Origin: Octopus sinensis
Taxonomy: Eukaryota
DNA: 64,000 bases
Direction: 5' to 3'
NCBI RefSeq assembly: GCF_006345805.1
Contig: NC_043001.1
Span: 53,134,001 to 53,198,000 of the forward strand
Position numbers and translations under genes: made by a program. The notes beneath the pieces were generated by a model. The model did not search any database. It was not told the DNA's origin and saw only the letters and a program-made list of their open reading frames with translations. Shown in pieces: positions 12,264 to 26,319 of this stretch. Positions within the stretch are counted from its first letter, which is position 1; the number at the start of each line of letters is the position of its first letter.

Positions 12264-13347
12264 TGTTACGAGGGGGACCTCCGAAAACTGTACGGAATCC
12301 CTCAGACAGGCCCGACTCGATCAGCGAATATTCTCGCCACGGAAACTCGTCGGAGAGAGGAAAGAGAGAGACACAACCGCAGCAAGGCAACAGAGACACA
12401 GAGACACAACCGAGAGAGACACCAAAAGAGGCAAGGCAAAACGGCAACACTGGCTTACATTCAACAACAGTTTATATGACAATCAATTGTTACAACATCA
12501 AGATACACCAAAGCATTTAAGGAAAACAACAAATCAATACATGATACGGGTATACCACAGATCAAAGCATTTAAACATGCATGTAACAATATAACAGTGT
12601 TCAGTAACGACACAACAAGTCCAGATCAAATAATGTTCACGATACGTCACAGTCCAATCAGAACACTTCGATACATTATACAATGTTCGTATCACAACAA
12701 TTCACGTTACAATTCAACAAGTCCTTTACTGTTCTTTTCACTGTTCATTTCTTCTCACTGTCTCTTTACATCGTGACACGTATCAATACACAATCACATA
12801 CCTTAATTCCTAACTGAATCGCCAGTGTCCCATTCTGCACTCATCTCTCTCTCAATACTGCTAAATCCAGCTTGCCAAACTCCCGCATCCCAACTTGCTT
12901 GCTCCTAAGATTCCACCGCTTGCTCCCAAGATTCTACCCACTCGCTCTGGCTCCCAGAATCCGACTGTGTTCTTCGAGGACCGACCACCGACTGCCAAGA
13001 CCTCACTTCCTCTCTAACTGCCCTGCTCTCCTACTGCCTATCTATATCGCCTCAATCTGTCCCTTAGCCTTATACTCTATCTCTCTCACTACTTTTCTTC
13101 TCTCTGCCCCTCATCCTCTCTTACTGCCAATAACCTCTCTATCTGCTCTTAGATTCCCTACTCTATCTTTCTCACCACTTTCCTTCCTCTTCTTCAAGGG
13201 GTGTTTAGAACGACCTCTAATCGACCGCACAAGGCCAGAAAGGTCCACCCAAAAGCCATCAGTCTCCCAGTAAACGTTCTTCCAGACGTGCCGGCACCAC
13301 ACCCAAAATGGGTCACCAAGAAACTGCACTTAGCCAAACTCATAACA
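12264..13347. mobile_element. Solo LTR, probably Gypsy/Ty3-type
   Basis: Begins TGTTACG and ends CATAACA (TG..CA with short inverted ends). ATAT lies immediately on both sides (12260-12263, 13348-13351). More GC-rich than its flanks; no coding signature. Confidence 0.75.
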
Positions 13348-14360
13348 ATATATTAGGTAAAATTACTTGATTCTCACTTTCTGAAATATATTGGCAAAAC
13401 AGTGGCAAGTTTTAGCATTTTATGAATAATGGATGGTGTTAATTACTACGTACAGCTGTACGGAGTGATATTTTACACTCCTGTTTTACATTTTAAATAT
13501 TCTGTTAGTATTATCGTCTCTAAAAATGTAGCCCAGTGACAGCAAACTGCACAAAGTTTTATGAATACTGTCACATATATAAAATGATTTATTCCTATAT
13601 TTCCACTGACCGCTTTCAGACAACGTTACTGTAACTAGTAGGATAATAATTATTCAAATATTATGCAATCATTCTATTTCAAGTAATATAGCAATGTAAG
13701 GGATATGAATGATAAAATAATGTCACGTAAAACATCATGGCATTCGTTGACAATATTTAATTTTCAGTTGCAATTTTAGGATGGGCAAGTTTGCTTAACT
13801 GAGCCCGCTCTTCATAGCGAAACTATTTCAGCGGAGATTTTACCTCGAAGTTGAATTTATATTGTAAGAGATAATCGATATTTAACAAAAGGCTACACTG
13901 CTCTTAAACTATAATTTACCAAAGTGATTGTAGGATAATCTGCATAATTACCCGAAAAATCTGCAATGCTTTGTGGAGTTTGTAAATAACGCTATGGCTT
14001 GTAATAGTAATTTCTAAATCTGTTCATGTTTCAAATATGGAAATTTGTTTGCATATCCGGAACTAAGTAATTTGAAATTAGCTGTAATATCGAAGCTTCA
14101 CAATTGTCGATACGGGGATTTGTGTGGATGTATACATTTACGAAATGAAAGTTACTCAGGATGTCTGTTCCACATAACTACTAACAAAATTGAGCAGGCA
14201 TATTCTTCTAGTCCTGTACCACATGACTGATGCAAGTCCGAATCTGAAGAAGCAGCATTCTGTATGGGAGGCCAGAACAGTCCGAGACGATTTCTTTAGT
14301 AGCGAGAATCCTTACGAGAAAACCATAAAATAAAATGTGAGGTATACTTGCCATCTCAAT

Positions 14361-14580
14361 ATGGCTAACCACTAAGGGTGGGTGTTACTGTAGCTTGTAG
14401 CCCCAGGAGAACATCGTCTCCAGCTGGCTTTAGGCACACTTTCTGTGCCCTTATGGTATTTGCAAACGGAGGTCATCCTTCCCTCGTCAACCTAAGTGAT
14501 ACGCACGGACTGCAGTTTCTAGGTATTGACCTGTCGTCGGCGTACGCCAATCACCGGTTTTCGATGAAAGGAGGTCCCAA
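14361..14580 (+). repeat. Dispersed repeat, family member 1
   Basis: Aligns by eye with the reverse complement of 29160-29375 (ctactgtag.ttgtagccccaggag.ac..c.tccagctggct...tttctgtgccct..gtatttgcaaa.gga). Confidence 0.75.
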
Positions 14581-15837
14581 TGCAAATCCTTATATGTTTT
14601 TCCCAGTAACTTTTCGTCGCAAAAGAGAAAATGCTAGAGATACAAGGGTGGATTAAATTACCCTTTCGTAATGTGTAGTAGAAAAGTATATTTTTCGGAT
14701 TCATTTAGTAACGGAAGGAAATTCCTTTATCGATCCCGATTCAAATACTGGAAATCGTAAGTCAAAGATAATGTTTTCAAAGATTTGTATATAAATGAAA
14801 TCAAAAAGCACATCTAGATTTTCAATTTGAAGTTCCATAAATATAGTAATGCTAACTGATGTCTGCAGGGACGAATGTAAAATGTTAATTATCACTTGGT
14901 TTTAAAGTTAAACACAAATACGTAAATCCAAGAACGTATTGTTCACAGGCCAAGAATGTAGACCTTTGTTTCCGTAAGTAAACGATTCTTAACAATAAAG
15001 TACGGTATCTATACTGAATTGTTATATTAATAATATACGTGAGTTGTATTTATAAGTTTATATGAATTTTTGCTCTACAATTTTTTTTTTGTCATTTACT
15101 GTGTTTTTCCAAACATCATAAACCCTAACAAAGATTAGACTGAACAATTTTCGATTCCCAAGTTTTCATTACTGTGATTGTTTACCGCGACTATTTTACG
15201 TGACATTTTGCAATAATTTTTTTTTGTACGATAATAACGTTTATAATCTAAAGGCCAACTCCGTGACTAAATTAAATGCATTCTGGGCCGAATCCGGGCC
15301 TGCAATCCTGAAATTTTGGATTCCTATGTTTTCATTACTGCGATTGTTTACGTCGATTTTTTTACATGATTTTTTTGCGATGAATATGTTCATAATTGGA
15401 ATAGCGATTGCAAAAATTCTTCAAAACAAGTCAAAGATATGTTTGCAGATTTTCTCATTTGGGGCCAGTTGCTATATACTAGCTTAAAAGATTCTTAAGC
15501 TGGTATGAAATAAGCGTAAGTTCATAAAAATAAATATTATGCCAACTATTCATGATTAATACTACACCATATAACATTTGTGAATATGCTCTAAGAATAT
15601 AAGGTAAGTACTACACGCAAGCTTTTCATTTGCCCAGTATTGTATGATGCATCTGTTATATATTGCAATATTTATTTCTTGTATTTCATATATGTATAAT
15701 GAGGGAGTATTTGTGAATTCATTTATCTGGGTTGTTACTATCTGAGTTCAGATAACGTCGAGACCAAATTTGATTTTCATGTTTTCGGGGTTGGTAAAAT
15801 ACGTACCACAGAATTGCTGGTATCGGTGCAAATACTG

Positions 15838-15883
<46 letters not shown>

Positions 15884-15900
15884 TTCATTTTAATTATTTA

Positions 15901-15939
15901 CAGCCCATGTGTTGTGGCCATGCTGGGGCACCGCCATTT
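15901..15939 (-). repeat. Isolated 3'-tail fragment of the LINE/SINE family
   Basis: Minus strand aaatggcggtgccccagcatggccacaac is nearly identical to the LINE 3' UTR at about 60810-60840. Confidence 0.65.
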
Positions 15940-16229
15940 TATATATATATATTGTTATATTTCGGAATGGTCATTTTGCCAGTTTAGCCAATAAAAAAAA
16001 ACGCACTATATATTTGGTGTTACTTTGCTTCACTGTTATTTATTTTTTACATTAATCTTAATCTTATTTCGGCCAGAGTTTTTTTGTTACACTCCTGTGA
16101 CCGCATCTGTGGTCCTTTGTTTTCTACTTTCTTATTTGTGTCTCTCTTTACTAAACTGGCAAAATAAACATTCCGAAATATAACAATATCTGTTTCAAAA
16201 CACAACTTCACATAAAAAATCTTGCAAAG

Positions 16230-16351
<122 letters not shown>

Positions 16352-16831
16352 ATGTATCATTTGATATTAGAGTTTCTCTAGATGTTTTTCCTCTAGATGA
16401 AAGGTACTGTAGTGAATTGTGCCTGATGATTATTGCGTCAGCTGTATTTGATCGGTAGTGCTTAACGGTCGCCGCTGATGTTAGCCATAGTTACTCTTCA
16501 GGCCACGCATCATATATGCACGCATACACATAGAGACGTGTGCATATACGCACGTAGAGAAATATATATTTATATAAATAATATAGGGTAAAATCAGTAA
16601 TTATTTTACCAAGTAGTCATTAGGTAAATATAAACCCTTTAGGTAAACTTTACAGAATATTCTGTAATTATATACATAATTATAACAAGGGGTCCAGTAT
16701 GTGCCTCGCCACGTACTGAATTAGAAATAGACGCTAAAGTCTTTTCTACTACTATACAATCTCCCAGAAAAAAAGATATTTTTAATGTAGGAAACTTTTT
16801 ACTTTTGCCTACATTCACAAGAGTCAATATA

Positions 16832-18121
16832 CGAGGGACGTTCAATAAGTAATGGTTTTGACCCACTTGCAGTTGTTTGATCTAGCTGAAATTTTGCATG
16901 TGCAATTATTTATATCTCTATAGAGTAAGTGGCAAATTACAGCTCTGAATTAAATGTGGTTTCCGATTTACAGGTGTTTGAACCGAGTCAAGTGTGAAAT
17001 GGAGCCTGTTGAGTGTCGAACATTGATCCGGTTTTTGTATTTGAAAGGACGCACACCACGAGAGACCTTTGATGAAATGAAAGTAACTTATGGTGATGAT
17101 GCCCCATTATATGACCTTGTAAAACGCTGGCATCCTGAATTCAAACATGGTCGGAACTCTGTGGAAACAGCTCCCAGATCTGGTCGCCCCTTCTGCCATT
17201 GATGAGGCATATGTCCGTCAAGTTGAGGCTGCCATTTTGGAAGATCGACGCATAATTATTCGCCAAATAGCCCATGAGGTCAAGATTAGTACCGGGTCTG
17301 TGGACACTATCATTCATGACCATTTGCATATGCAAAAGGTGTCTGCCAGATGGATTGCCAGGCTGCTCACGCCTTTCCAGAAGCAAGAACGCGTCGAGTG
17401 CTCGAGGGTAAATTTGGAGATGTGCCAAGAAGATGAGTCAACATTTTTCAAAAGACTGATTACACAGGATGAAACCTGGGTCCATCACGATGATCCAGCG
17501 ACCAAAGCCCAGTCAATGCAGTGGAGGCACCGTGACTCACCCCCTCCAAAGAAGGCAAGGCTGCAGCCCTCCGCTGGCAAGGTCATGCTCACAGTCTTCT
17601 GGGACCAGGACGGAGTAGTGATGACAGATTTCCTGGCAAAGGGTACCACAATTGCAGGAGCCTATTATGCTTCACTCTTGAGGAAATTAAGAGAAGTTAT
17701 CAAAATCAAGAGGCGGGGCAAGATCAGCAAAGGCATCCTCCTCCTGCAGGACAACGCTCCGGTCCACAATTCGCTTGTCGCCAGATCAGAAGCACAGGCG
17801 TATGGCTATGAACCCCTCCCCCATACCCCTACTTTCCTGACCTTGCACCCTCTGATTTTCACCTCTTCCCAATCATGAAGTTGTATTTGAAAGGAAAGCG
17901 TTTCCCAGATGATGCAGCCTTGATTTCTGAAGTCACGTTCAGGTTGGAGGACCAAGCTGGGTTCTTCTACAAAAACGGTCTCCAGAGCTGCATCATACAA
18001 TGGGAGAAATGCGTAACTCTCGGTGGTTCCTATGTAGAAAAAGACTAATAACTGTGCCAAGTTTCGTTGCTCTAATGCTAAGGGAAGTGGGTCAGGGGCA
18101 TTACTTATTGAACGCCCCTCG
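16832..18121 (+). mobile_element. Mariner (DD34D) DNA transposon, full length, frameshifted (copy 2)
   Basis: TIRs cgagggacgttcaataagtaatg..tgacccact and agtgggtcaggggcattacttattgaacgcccctcg; TA at 16830-16831 and 18122-18123. Same family as 2991-4245. Confidence 0.97.
16999..18048 (+). pseudogene. Mariner transposase pseudogene
   Basis: ATG at 16999 (MEPVECR..RSGRP). Next frame has TQDETW..LLQDNAPVH; the frame from 17830 reads YFPDLAPSDFHLFPIMK...GGSYVEKD*. After repairing the frameshift there are 34 residues between the second and third Asp. Confidence 0.92.
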
Positions 18122-18247
18122 TATATACGTTACTGATACGTTCTTTCAATTGGTCTACTGATTATCTGAGAAAAATTGAATGACTTAAAAACTGATTCTA
18201 CTTTACTTGGAGCCATTCATATGTATATACACACGTGTATATATATA

Positions 18248-18293
<46 letters not shown>

Positions 18294-18297
<4 letters not shown>

Positions 18298-18630
18298 TAA
18301 TAATAAAATATTAGGAAATAAATCCAAACTTACAGGGAAAAATCAGATTTAGGATTAAATCCAATTTTATAGTATAAATATGTTATATTATATTATATTA
18401 TATTAGAGATAAAACCACTATTAGGCAAATCAAACAGTGAAAAACATAAGCCAATACATAAAGTTAATTTAATTTATATTATTTTAAATATATATCAAAA
18501 GAATTAAAAGTTTAATAAAAGATAAAGAGTAAAACACTACGATCGTTTCATGGCTGTACCAATTCGAATGACAATAATTTAAATTCAATTAATAATTCGA
18601 GTTATGGTTACATTCAATCTTCAGGTTAAT
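18294..18630 (-). repeat. AT-rich PLE pseudo-LTR-like repeat with a degenerate hammerhead (18535-18628)
   Basis: 18294-18440 matches the reverse complement of about 58120-58255. Minus strand has CTGAAGA...gccat-GAAA-cgatcg-TA; stems I and II are decayed. Confidence 0.55.
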
Positions 18631-18744
18631 TGAAATATTTAAAAAATAATCAGAAATATTTAAACAATATTTTTAAGAAATAAATAATATAATAATTTTA
18701 CTTATAATAAACTCTATTATCAAACTAGAAACATAAAACTTAAC

Positions 18745-18807
<63 letters not shown>

Positions 18808-20830
18808 ATATGCATACAGACGTGTGCGCGTGTGTGTGTTGTACGAAACAATGTTCCCATCCAAGTACTGAACGATTATTTTTTTCATTATTCTCTCTTT
18901 TTTTAACTTCCTCAATAGCCCACCTCCTACTTTAAATGCCTTTGTTTCATAATGCTCGAAATATGTGAAAAGCTTGTTTGGGATTTGGTATTTTCTGCAA
19001 TTTCAAATATAAATTGTTGATACACGATGGATGTAATGTGAAAAAGAAAGCTGCAATAATGCTAATATACTATCAGTGTGTTTTGTGGTAAATGTGATCA
19101 TTACTTTTCATCTTCCTTTTTCAAGAATATCTTGTTTTTTGCTGAACAATCAACGACCTGGGAGAGCATAAAGTTTTCAGTTATAGTTTTAAAATGTTCG
19201 CTCACATGGAAGACTAGAGACCACCTGGGATAAATTACCTGTATCAATACGATTGGGGCCAGGTAACAAAATGCCGAATACTTGGCTGTTGCGCAATGCT
19301 CTGTGAACACTATAAAAGCTAAAGTACGTAACATGAAATGCTGCTACTAAAACTACGAAGTCATGAGCAATAGGATGCATTACAATTGGTATTCTGACTG
19401 TGCCCGTACGACATATTTCTTTGAACAGGGACTCAGGTTCAAACAGTTGTGTGTGACTGCTGGAGACTATGGTTTAATTCTGGCTTCAAAGTGTTGCTGC
19501 TTGATGCCCATATGTGCAGCAGCTGAATTCGTCTCCTTGCCATACCTCTGGTACAACTCAGAAGTGGTTGTCATAGAATTTCTAATTCACTAGCCCTAAT
19601 TTCTGGCCTCTTAATTTCTCCAGTTGTAACGTTAGAAAATATTATGTGTGGGGCACAGTTGAGAAAGACATCAAACACACTGACAGTAACACCAAGGTTG
19701 AGCTGGCGGCCTACAGCGTGTAGGTGTTAAAAGATCTTCTCAGAGACACAGTCAGAAACGCATGTACACACTTTCGGAGACGTCTGAGGGCGGGTACTTT
19801 CAGTAAACTATCATCACCCAAATAATCTAGTTCATACGTCTTTATTTTCAAATCTATTTTTAGTTTTGGATAGGATATTCTGTTTTCTTTTATGCAAACT
19901 GTCAAATTTACCCCCGAAGACCCTGTATAATACTAAGTTGCATTACCTAATTCAAGGTTGCCACAATAGTATATTAAATATTGTGGTTATTTCTATGAAA
20001 CCCCATTATCTATATGAATAAATATGTTATATATTTAAGAACTAAACATAGGATAGGATAGAGGTGATCGGATCTGAAAATCGAGAGATTGCATCTCTCT
20101 CAACCATGTTAATGCGTTTTGCAAACAATTACAGTTTGTTACGTTGTTCTCGGACAGAATACCTTTAGATTTCGCTAACGTTGATCAAGGCCAATTTGTA
20201 GTGAAGAAAAAGAAATTCTGGAAATTATTTCTCTTTAAAACTCTTGGGACAGTGATAATATGATATCGAATAAATAATCACTTACGACATTTTAGTATGT
20301 GTTCCTCATCACAAACCAAAATATAGAGAAATATCAATATATTGATCCATTTCCCACGCCATTATCTCGCTCAAATCTCTCTGTTTCTATATACATACAT
20401 TCACACACACACACACACACACACGCATACACACACACGCACGTACAAACAAACACACACACACGTATATATGTATGTATGCATGTGAATATGTATATAC
20501 ATTTACATGTGTATGTATAAGCTAGTTCTATTCTTTTATTCGTTCAGCTATGCTGCGGTCATGCCGAAGTACATACTCATACACACACACACTTATATAT
20601 ATGATTATAGATGTTGCTGATAAAGAAAAGAAACATTATCAGATTTCAGTGGTATATAGAAAGACCGTCGTTTACAAATTTTATGTGAAATTAATTTAGA
20701 ATAAATCTAAGACCGCTTAGTAGAAACATAATCACAAACATATATTTCCGTCTTGAGTAAATCAATGATGAAACTTCCTGTCTACGATTCTTATCTAACA
20801 TACTATAAGGACTCAGGTGCACACACATTA

Positions 20831-20843
20831 CATATATATATAT

Positions 20844-20887
<44 letters not shown>

Positions 20888-20895
20888 TATATATA

Positions 20896-20943
<48 letters not shown>

Positions 20944-20967
20944 GTATATACATATATACATATATAC

Positions 20968-21001
<34 letters not shown>

Positions 21002-21088
21002 GTATATATATGTATACACATATATATACATATATACATATATATGTATATACATATATATACATATATACATATATATATATATTCA
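20831..21088. repeat. Long interrupted (TA)n/(TACA)n microsatellite
   Basis: Read directly. Confidence 0.97.
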
Positions 21089-21277
21089 TAATATCAATGG
21101 GTAATCTGAAATATTAGAAATTTCCAATTACCGGTGGCCTAGTGTATAAAACGTTAGTCAATAGACTATATATTATTCATATAAATACAGTGTACATTTA
21201 AGCACATAAGAGGTATCCAGGTAGTCCTATGATAGATACCTCTTATGTGTTTAAATGTAAACTATTATATATATATA

Positions 21278-21324
<47 letters not shown>

Positions 21325-21334
21325 ATATATATAT

Positions 21335-21950
21335 ATAAGTTTAACAATTGAGGATAACCTCTTAATAAGGAATCTTAACTTACGTCTTATGATCCTCAGC
21401 AGAACTGATTCTGAACACATCATAAATAAACTACACACCTTACGTAGCGAAGACGAACGGACATCTGCTCACTCCGGCCAAGCACATGGAATGTTTATAA
21501 ATCATATATCCGGTAAATGGCGGGCTTTTACGAACTGCATGTCGGGTAATAAAAAGTATTTCGGAATAAGTTTAACAATTGAGGATAACCTCTTAATAAG
21601 GAATCTTAACAAGAAATTATCGGGTAGTTAGCGTGAAAACCTCATAAAAGAAAAGAATTCGAAAATAATTTTTTTTTCCTTTGAACAAATTAATTATATC
21701 TATATTGTATAGAGGGCATTATTACACATAAATGCCTCACACTAAGAGGGACAAAGTCATTACTACCAAAATTATACTAATCATACCTAAATGCAGTTTT
21801 ACAAAGCAAGACATTTAAAAAATGAATTTAGTTCTGTATCACCGTGATTTCACATTCAACTTACGTCTTATGATCCTCAGCAGAACTGATTCTGAACACA
21901 TCATAAATAAACTACCCACCTTACGTAGCGAAGAAGAACAGACATCTGCT
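21335..21950 (-). mobile_element. 481-bp hammerhead-bearing unit in partial tandem (PLE pseudo-LTR / retrozyme-like), first locus
   Basis: gaac.gacatctgctc recurs at 21455 and 21936 (period 481). Starts at a (TA)n tract and contains the hammerhead at 21830-21887. Confidence 0.75.
21830..21887 (-). ncRNA. Type I hammerhead ribozyme motif
   Basis: Minus strand reads agttctg-CTGAGGA-t cat aa gac GTAA gtt ga atg t-GAAA-tcacggtga-TA-cagaact. Perfect 7-bp stem I, GNRA-capped stem II, near-palindromic stem III, AUA triplet. Confidence 0.78.
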
Positions 21951-22099
21951 CCATTTCTTTATTACCCACTAGGGGCTACGAAGAGGGAACATTACAAGAC
22001 ATGGGGGATATAAAACAATGTGGTTAAAATTATGAATAAATGAATGTTAAAATGAAAAAAATTATAATATGAAAACGATGTTAACGGCCCCCTTAAAAC

Positions 22100-23790
22100 G
22101 GTACTTGTTCATTTACAGAGAACACCGAACTGTCTTACCAAGGCTCGTGTTTTAAGGAATTCCCAATAAATTATGAATACTCAAAATGGGAAGTCAGTTA
22201 TGTAATAACATGAAATTAGTTACCCGGTAGTAAGAATTCAAATAAAGCAACACCGAAAAGGGATTCAATGCGTTCCTAGAGTATATAGAACTTAGGAGGA
22301 AATACAAATAAAGTATGTATACTAAAATCGTGAATCCCATTACGTAATAACAGGCTAATCAGATATGAGATAATAACAATGCAAAGTAAATAACTCTGAA
22401 AATGGCTTTTGTGTGTTCCCAGAGAATATTACCCTCAGCGGGCTAGTGTTAGTATATTCGTGAATAAATCACTAACCGAAATAACTGTATCTACCATTTA
22501 GAAAATACTAGTTACTTGTTTAAGGGTTGTACTGGATAAATTGCGAAAATAACTCTAAGAGTTCAAATAATAAGAAATACGCATGCTCAATTTCGTTTAT
22601 ACCAAATGGTTTAGGAAAATGAATGGCTCATTCACTTTGCTGTTAAAATCTGCGCGAATTGGTTTATTTCCCTTTAGTATTAAAATGAAATATATTAGAT
22701 ATGTATTTGAGGATCCTATTCAGGAGCCCTATTATCAATTTTTTCAACAATCTGAGTATGTCATACTCACGTCTCAAGTTTAATCAAAATCGATAAAATA
22801 ATGTAGGAGGAATTAGCTAACAACTTCCCAATTATACCCACAGAGAGAATTTCCCACATATATAGTAGATTTTCTTGAGCCATTAACCTATAAATGAAAC
22901 CTACTTCCTTTTTTGAGAGCTTTATATTTAACTATTTATATATTTAACTATTTACATATTTCCATTAATAAGCTTTAATTTACTTTGTTGAATTGACCCT
23001 TATTTAAGCCCTTATCGCTTTTATTAGCATATTTACATTCCATTTCATTCCTATTTTGTACTTATTTATTTATTGCCGTACCTTAGCAACTTAACATATT
23101 CAGTACGCAAACGCTGCATAACTGAAATATTTGAATTAAATTTTGTTCAATAGTTCTTTGTTCTTTATCTTGATTAGTCTAACTCAATAATAAATTTTAA
23201 GGGGTGAACCGTAATAATTTATAATACTTTATTCATTTATTTATTTTTCTCTCTGTATGTTTTTCACTCAATTTTGATTTATTTATTTTACTTTATTCAT
23301 ATTGTTATTTATCATTTTTTTATGTACCATAACCTTAAGTTAATATTCTTATTGGTATTTTTAACAATATCGATATTTAGTAGATAGTCTGAATGATTTC
23401 CACCTTAATTAAATATTAGTAACTATAGACACTTGAATTGAACCATACATACTAAGTTTATATTGATTTAATAAGAATAGATATAATAGAGCAATATGAC
23501 GTTTTGGCCAACTATATCTACTTGAACTTTCTTATACTTAACACTCCACATGAAGATATTGTTTTACAATTCCATTATACACAACTTTACTCCCCTTCTA
23601 AGGTCTCTGCCGTTTTTATACTGTTCTTTATATATACATTTTATGAGTTATGCAGCCGTTTGCTCAACATGCAGGAATTGAATACCTATTTTGTATATCC
23701 TTGTCTCCCTCTGAAGAGATCGACTTTCAAATGTTTTTCAGTTTAATTAATTAATTTTCTGATGGTCTGAATTGAAACAGCCGTATGCGA
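22100..23790 (+). mobile_element. Probable decayed PLE 3' region ending in a degenerate hammerhead (23705-23790)
   Basis: Weak GIY-YIG-like remnants (CTG..TLRV; LFPFSIK), an AT-rich tail, then CTGAAGA...GAAA-cagccg-TA with broken stem I. Confidence 0.35.
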
Positions 23791-23994
23791 TGTTTGTCAA
23801 TTTTTTGAGTTAATAAATAATAATTTATTAATTACCACAGTATTTTCTCATCGTAGTATTATAATACATAAATATATATATAAACCACAGTTATGCATCA
23901 AATATAACGTTCAATATTCTTTATAAAGGTAACTAACCAGTACTTTCTTAGGAGTTTGCTATCCCTGAATGAGTTTGTAATCTTTAATATAATG

Positions 23995-24048
<54 letters not shown>

Positions 24049-24153
24049 ATATACTGTAGATCTTTGGCTGGGCTAAAAAGTCACATTCGATCACAGCACC
24101 AGTAACAGTTAAGCTTCGTGCAATGGCCATGCCCGATAAACGAGGGGTATGCC

Positions 24154-24192
<39 letters not shown>

Positions 24193-24431
24193 CCTAATAT
24201 ATAGTATATAAGTATTTATTTCCTCCTTTTTTGTGCCGTTGTGCCCACTGTCGTTTCCTGCTAATACCAATACAATGATAAAGTTCAAAATTTGCCATAG
24301 ACGTTAAGATGATGTCATGTAGCTTATATCAACTTTTTCAGAATATTAGAAAAACGATCTCATGACCGCACGCCCTATGTCATATATATATATACGTACG
24401 TCTATGTATACATATATACATATACTTACGC

Positions 24432-24471
<40 letters not shown>

Positions 24472-24525
24472 TGCTTCAGGTAACTGACAAAACATTTCTT
24501 TATTTATTTCGTTTATCGGTGGAAG

Positions 24526-24680
24526 TATTCTTTTTCTACTCTAGGAACAACGCTCCAAATTTTGGTTGAAGGACTCAGTCGGTTAGATCGACCCCAATAC
24601 GCAACAACTACTTAATTTATCGTCCGAGAATGGATGTCAGTCAAAGTCGACCTCAGCAGAATTGGAACTCAAAACGTAAA
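24526..24680 (-). mobile_element. tRNA-type SINE fragment
   Basis: Minus strand tttacgttttgagttccaattctgctgaggtcgactttg has a B-box-like GAGTTCCAATTC and matches the SINE head at 59665. Duplicated at 37005-37159. Confidence 0.6.
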
Positions 24681-25269
24681 AATTAATATTATTTGAGATA
24701 TATAGAAATATATTTCGATAGTTGTAGATTTTATTTACCTAATTATTTAGTTCGTTATAATTCTGTTGTTTAATAATTGTAATTGCTATGTAGTTGAAAG
24801 TTAACGCTCATGCTCATAATACATAGGCATTTGAATTAACTTTGTTTACAGCCCAGCCGTCCTTTTACACAGAATTTCGTCAGTCTATAACCAATGATTT
24901 GAAAGGACCTATACAAGTAGGTGCGAATTGATTATAAATGAAATAATGTATATAAGTCTAAACGAATTGTTGGCTCTTTTGATTCCTTAATTATTTTTTT
25001 ACGTTATCTTATATTATCTCCATAGGATATTATGTTATATTATCATATAAATAAATTATTGAATGATCAACTGAATCTCTATTTAATTTATTGTTTGTAA
25101 TTTGCATCCTTTCCTTAATTTGTTACTATATATATATATATATATATTAATAAAAGGAATTCCAACGTTGTCTGATTTTCACGTTTTATTTACAATCTTA
25201 TATTTATATAATATAATATAATATAATAAAATAAAATAAAATGATAGAATGTTAAATGTTCATTCTGAT

Positions 25270-25314
25270 TGAACGAGTACTTTCATGCATTAAATTCTGC
25301 AATCTTCAGGTTCA
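25270..25314 (-). ncRNA. Minimal type I hammerhead motif in the PLE 3' region
   Basis: Minus strand reads tgaac-CTGAAGA-t tgca gaatttaa tgca t-GAAA-gtac-TC-gttca. 5-bp stem I, 4-bp stem II, palindromic GTAC stem III, CUC triplet. Confidence 0.75.
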
Positions 25315-26319
25315 TGTAGTGGTGGTGACAGTCATGCTTCACAATTTTTGACTGTAGTGAGATGATTGAATCTGTGCCTTAAATCCAGCTGTGTGGGCTC
25401 CAGATTGCTAGGTTTTGCAAACTGTATTCTGACCAATCAATGTGTAGTATCAGTCAATTACTTAAGCTGATTGGTTGGTTGAGCTGATTGGTTTAGGCGT
25501 CACGCTTTGTTGGTCATGTCAAGAGTCCTGTATCTTAACCCTGGCCAAGGCAGCAATTGTTGGGCTAATTTTAGAAATGTTGTAAATAGCCTTTGACAGA
25601 GATTTTTATATTTTTAGATTTCAATTGTCATCATCATCATTGTCAGCACCTTAATTATTGTTGCTAGTGGTGATGGTGGTGGCAATAGAACTTTTAACCC
25701 TAAATAAGATAATTTTCCTGCTATCTAAGTATTATTATTATTGATTATTTAGCTTGGGTTCGAATTTATCAATAAAATTCTTTTGAGTTTCCTCTCGATT
25801 TCACTTGGCTGTGTAATTTGTAGAATGGAAATATTATATATATTTTCTGACCACATGTTGCTAGGTGGTTACTCAAAGGTATCTGACGGACCTCTGGGTC
25901 TTTAATCTGTAATCGGTGTACACGTGAGCGTTCTGATAGTGCATTTCACAATTTGGGCATTTGATGCAGTAAATTAAATTTCTGCTTTTGCTGTTCAGAT
26001 TCGCGTTTGTGAATACTTTCCTGGTTTTTGTGTTTATATATTGGCCAGTATGTATGAATTGGCATGTGCCAAATCGGCTATCATTGCATTTAGATACAGT
26101 GAATGTTTGGTCTCTGTTGCTAAGGTCAAATTTTGCCTTTGTTTGTAATTTTTTCAAGTTTTTAGGCTGTCTTTTACTAAGAACCATAGCTCGATCCGTG
26201 ATTATGTCTTTTAATTCATTACTTTGGGCAATGATTGGTAGGTTTGCTTTGGTAATGTTGAAGATATTCTGGTGACATGGGTTGTCTGTCACTATGAATG
26301 GTATGACTTGTTTTCCTCT

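Larger units (their letters stand above)
22091..24974 (+). repeat. Segmental duplicate block C (copy 1; copy 2 at 34586-37453)
   Basis: Collinear and nearly identical from ccttaaaacggtacttg to aacgaattgttggc. The ORF track gives near-identical peptides (22583 vs 35078; 23504 vs 35997). Confidence 0.97.

Noticed and set aside
19050-19700. Possible Buster/Charlie-type hAT remnant (NSAAAHMG..FEARIK..PAVTHNCL)
   Set aside because: The resemblance is limited to one short, stop-interrupted peptide and no TIRs were confirmed.
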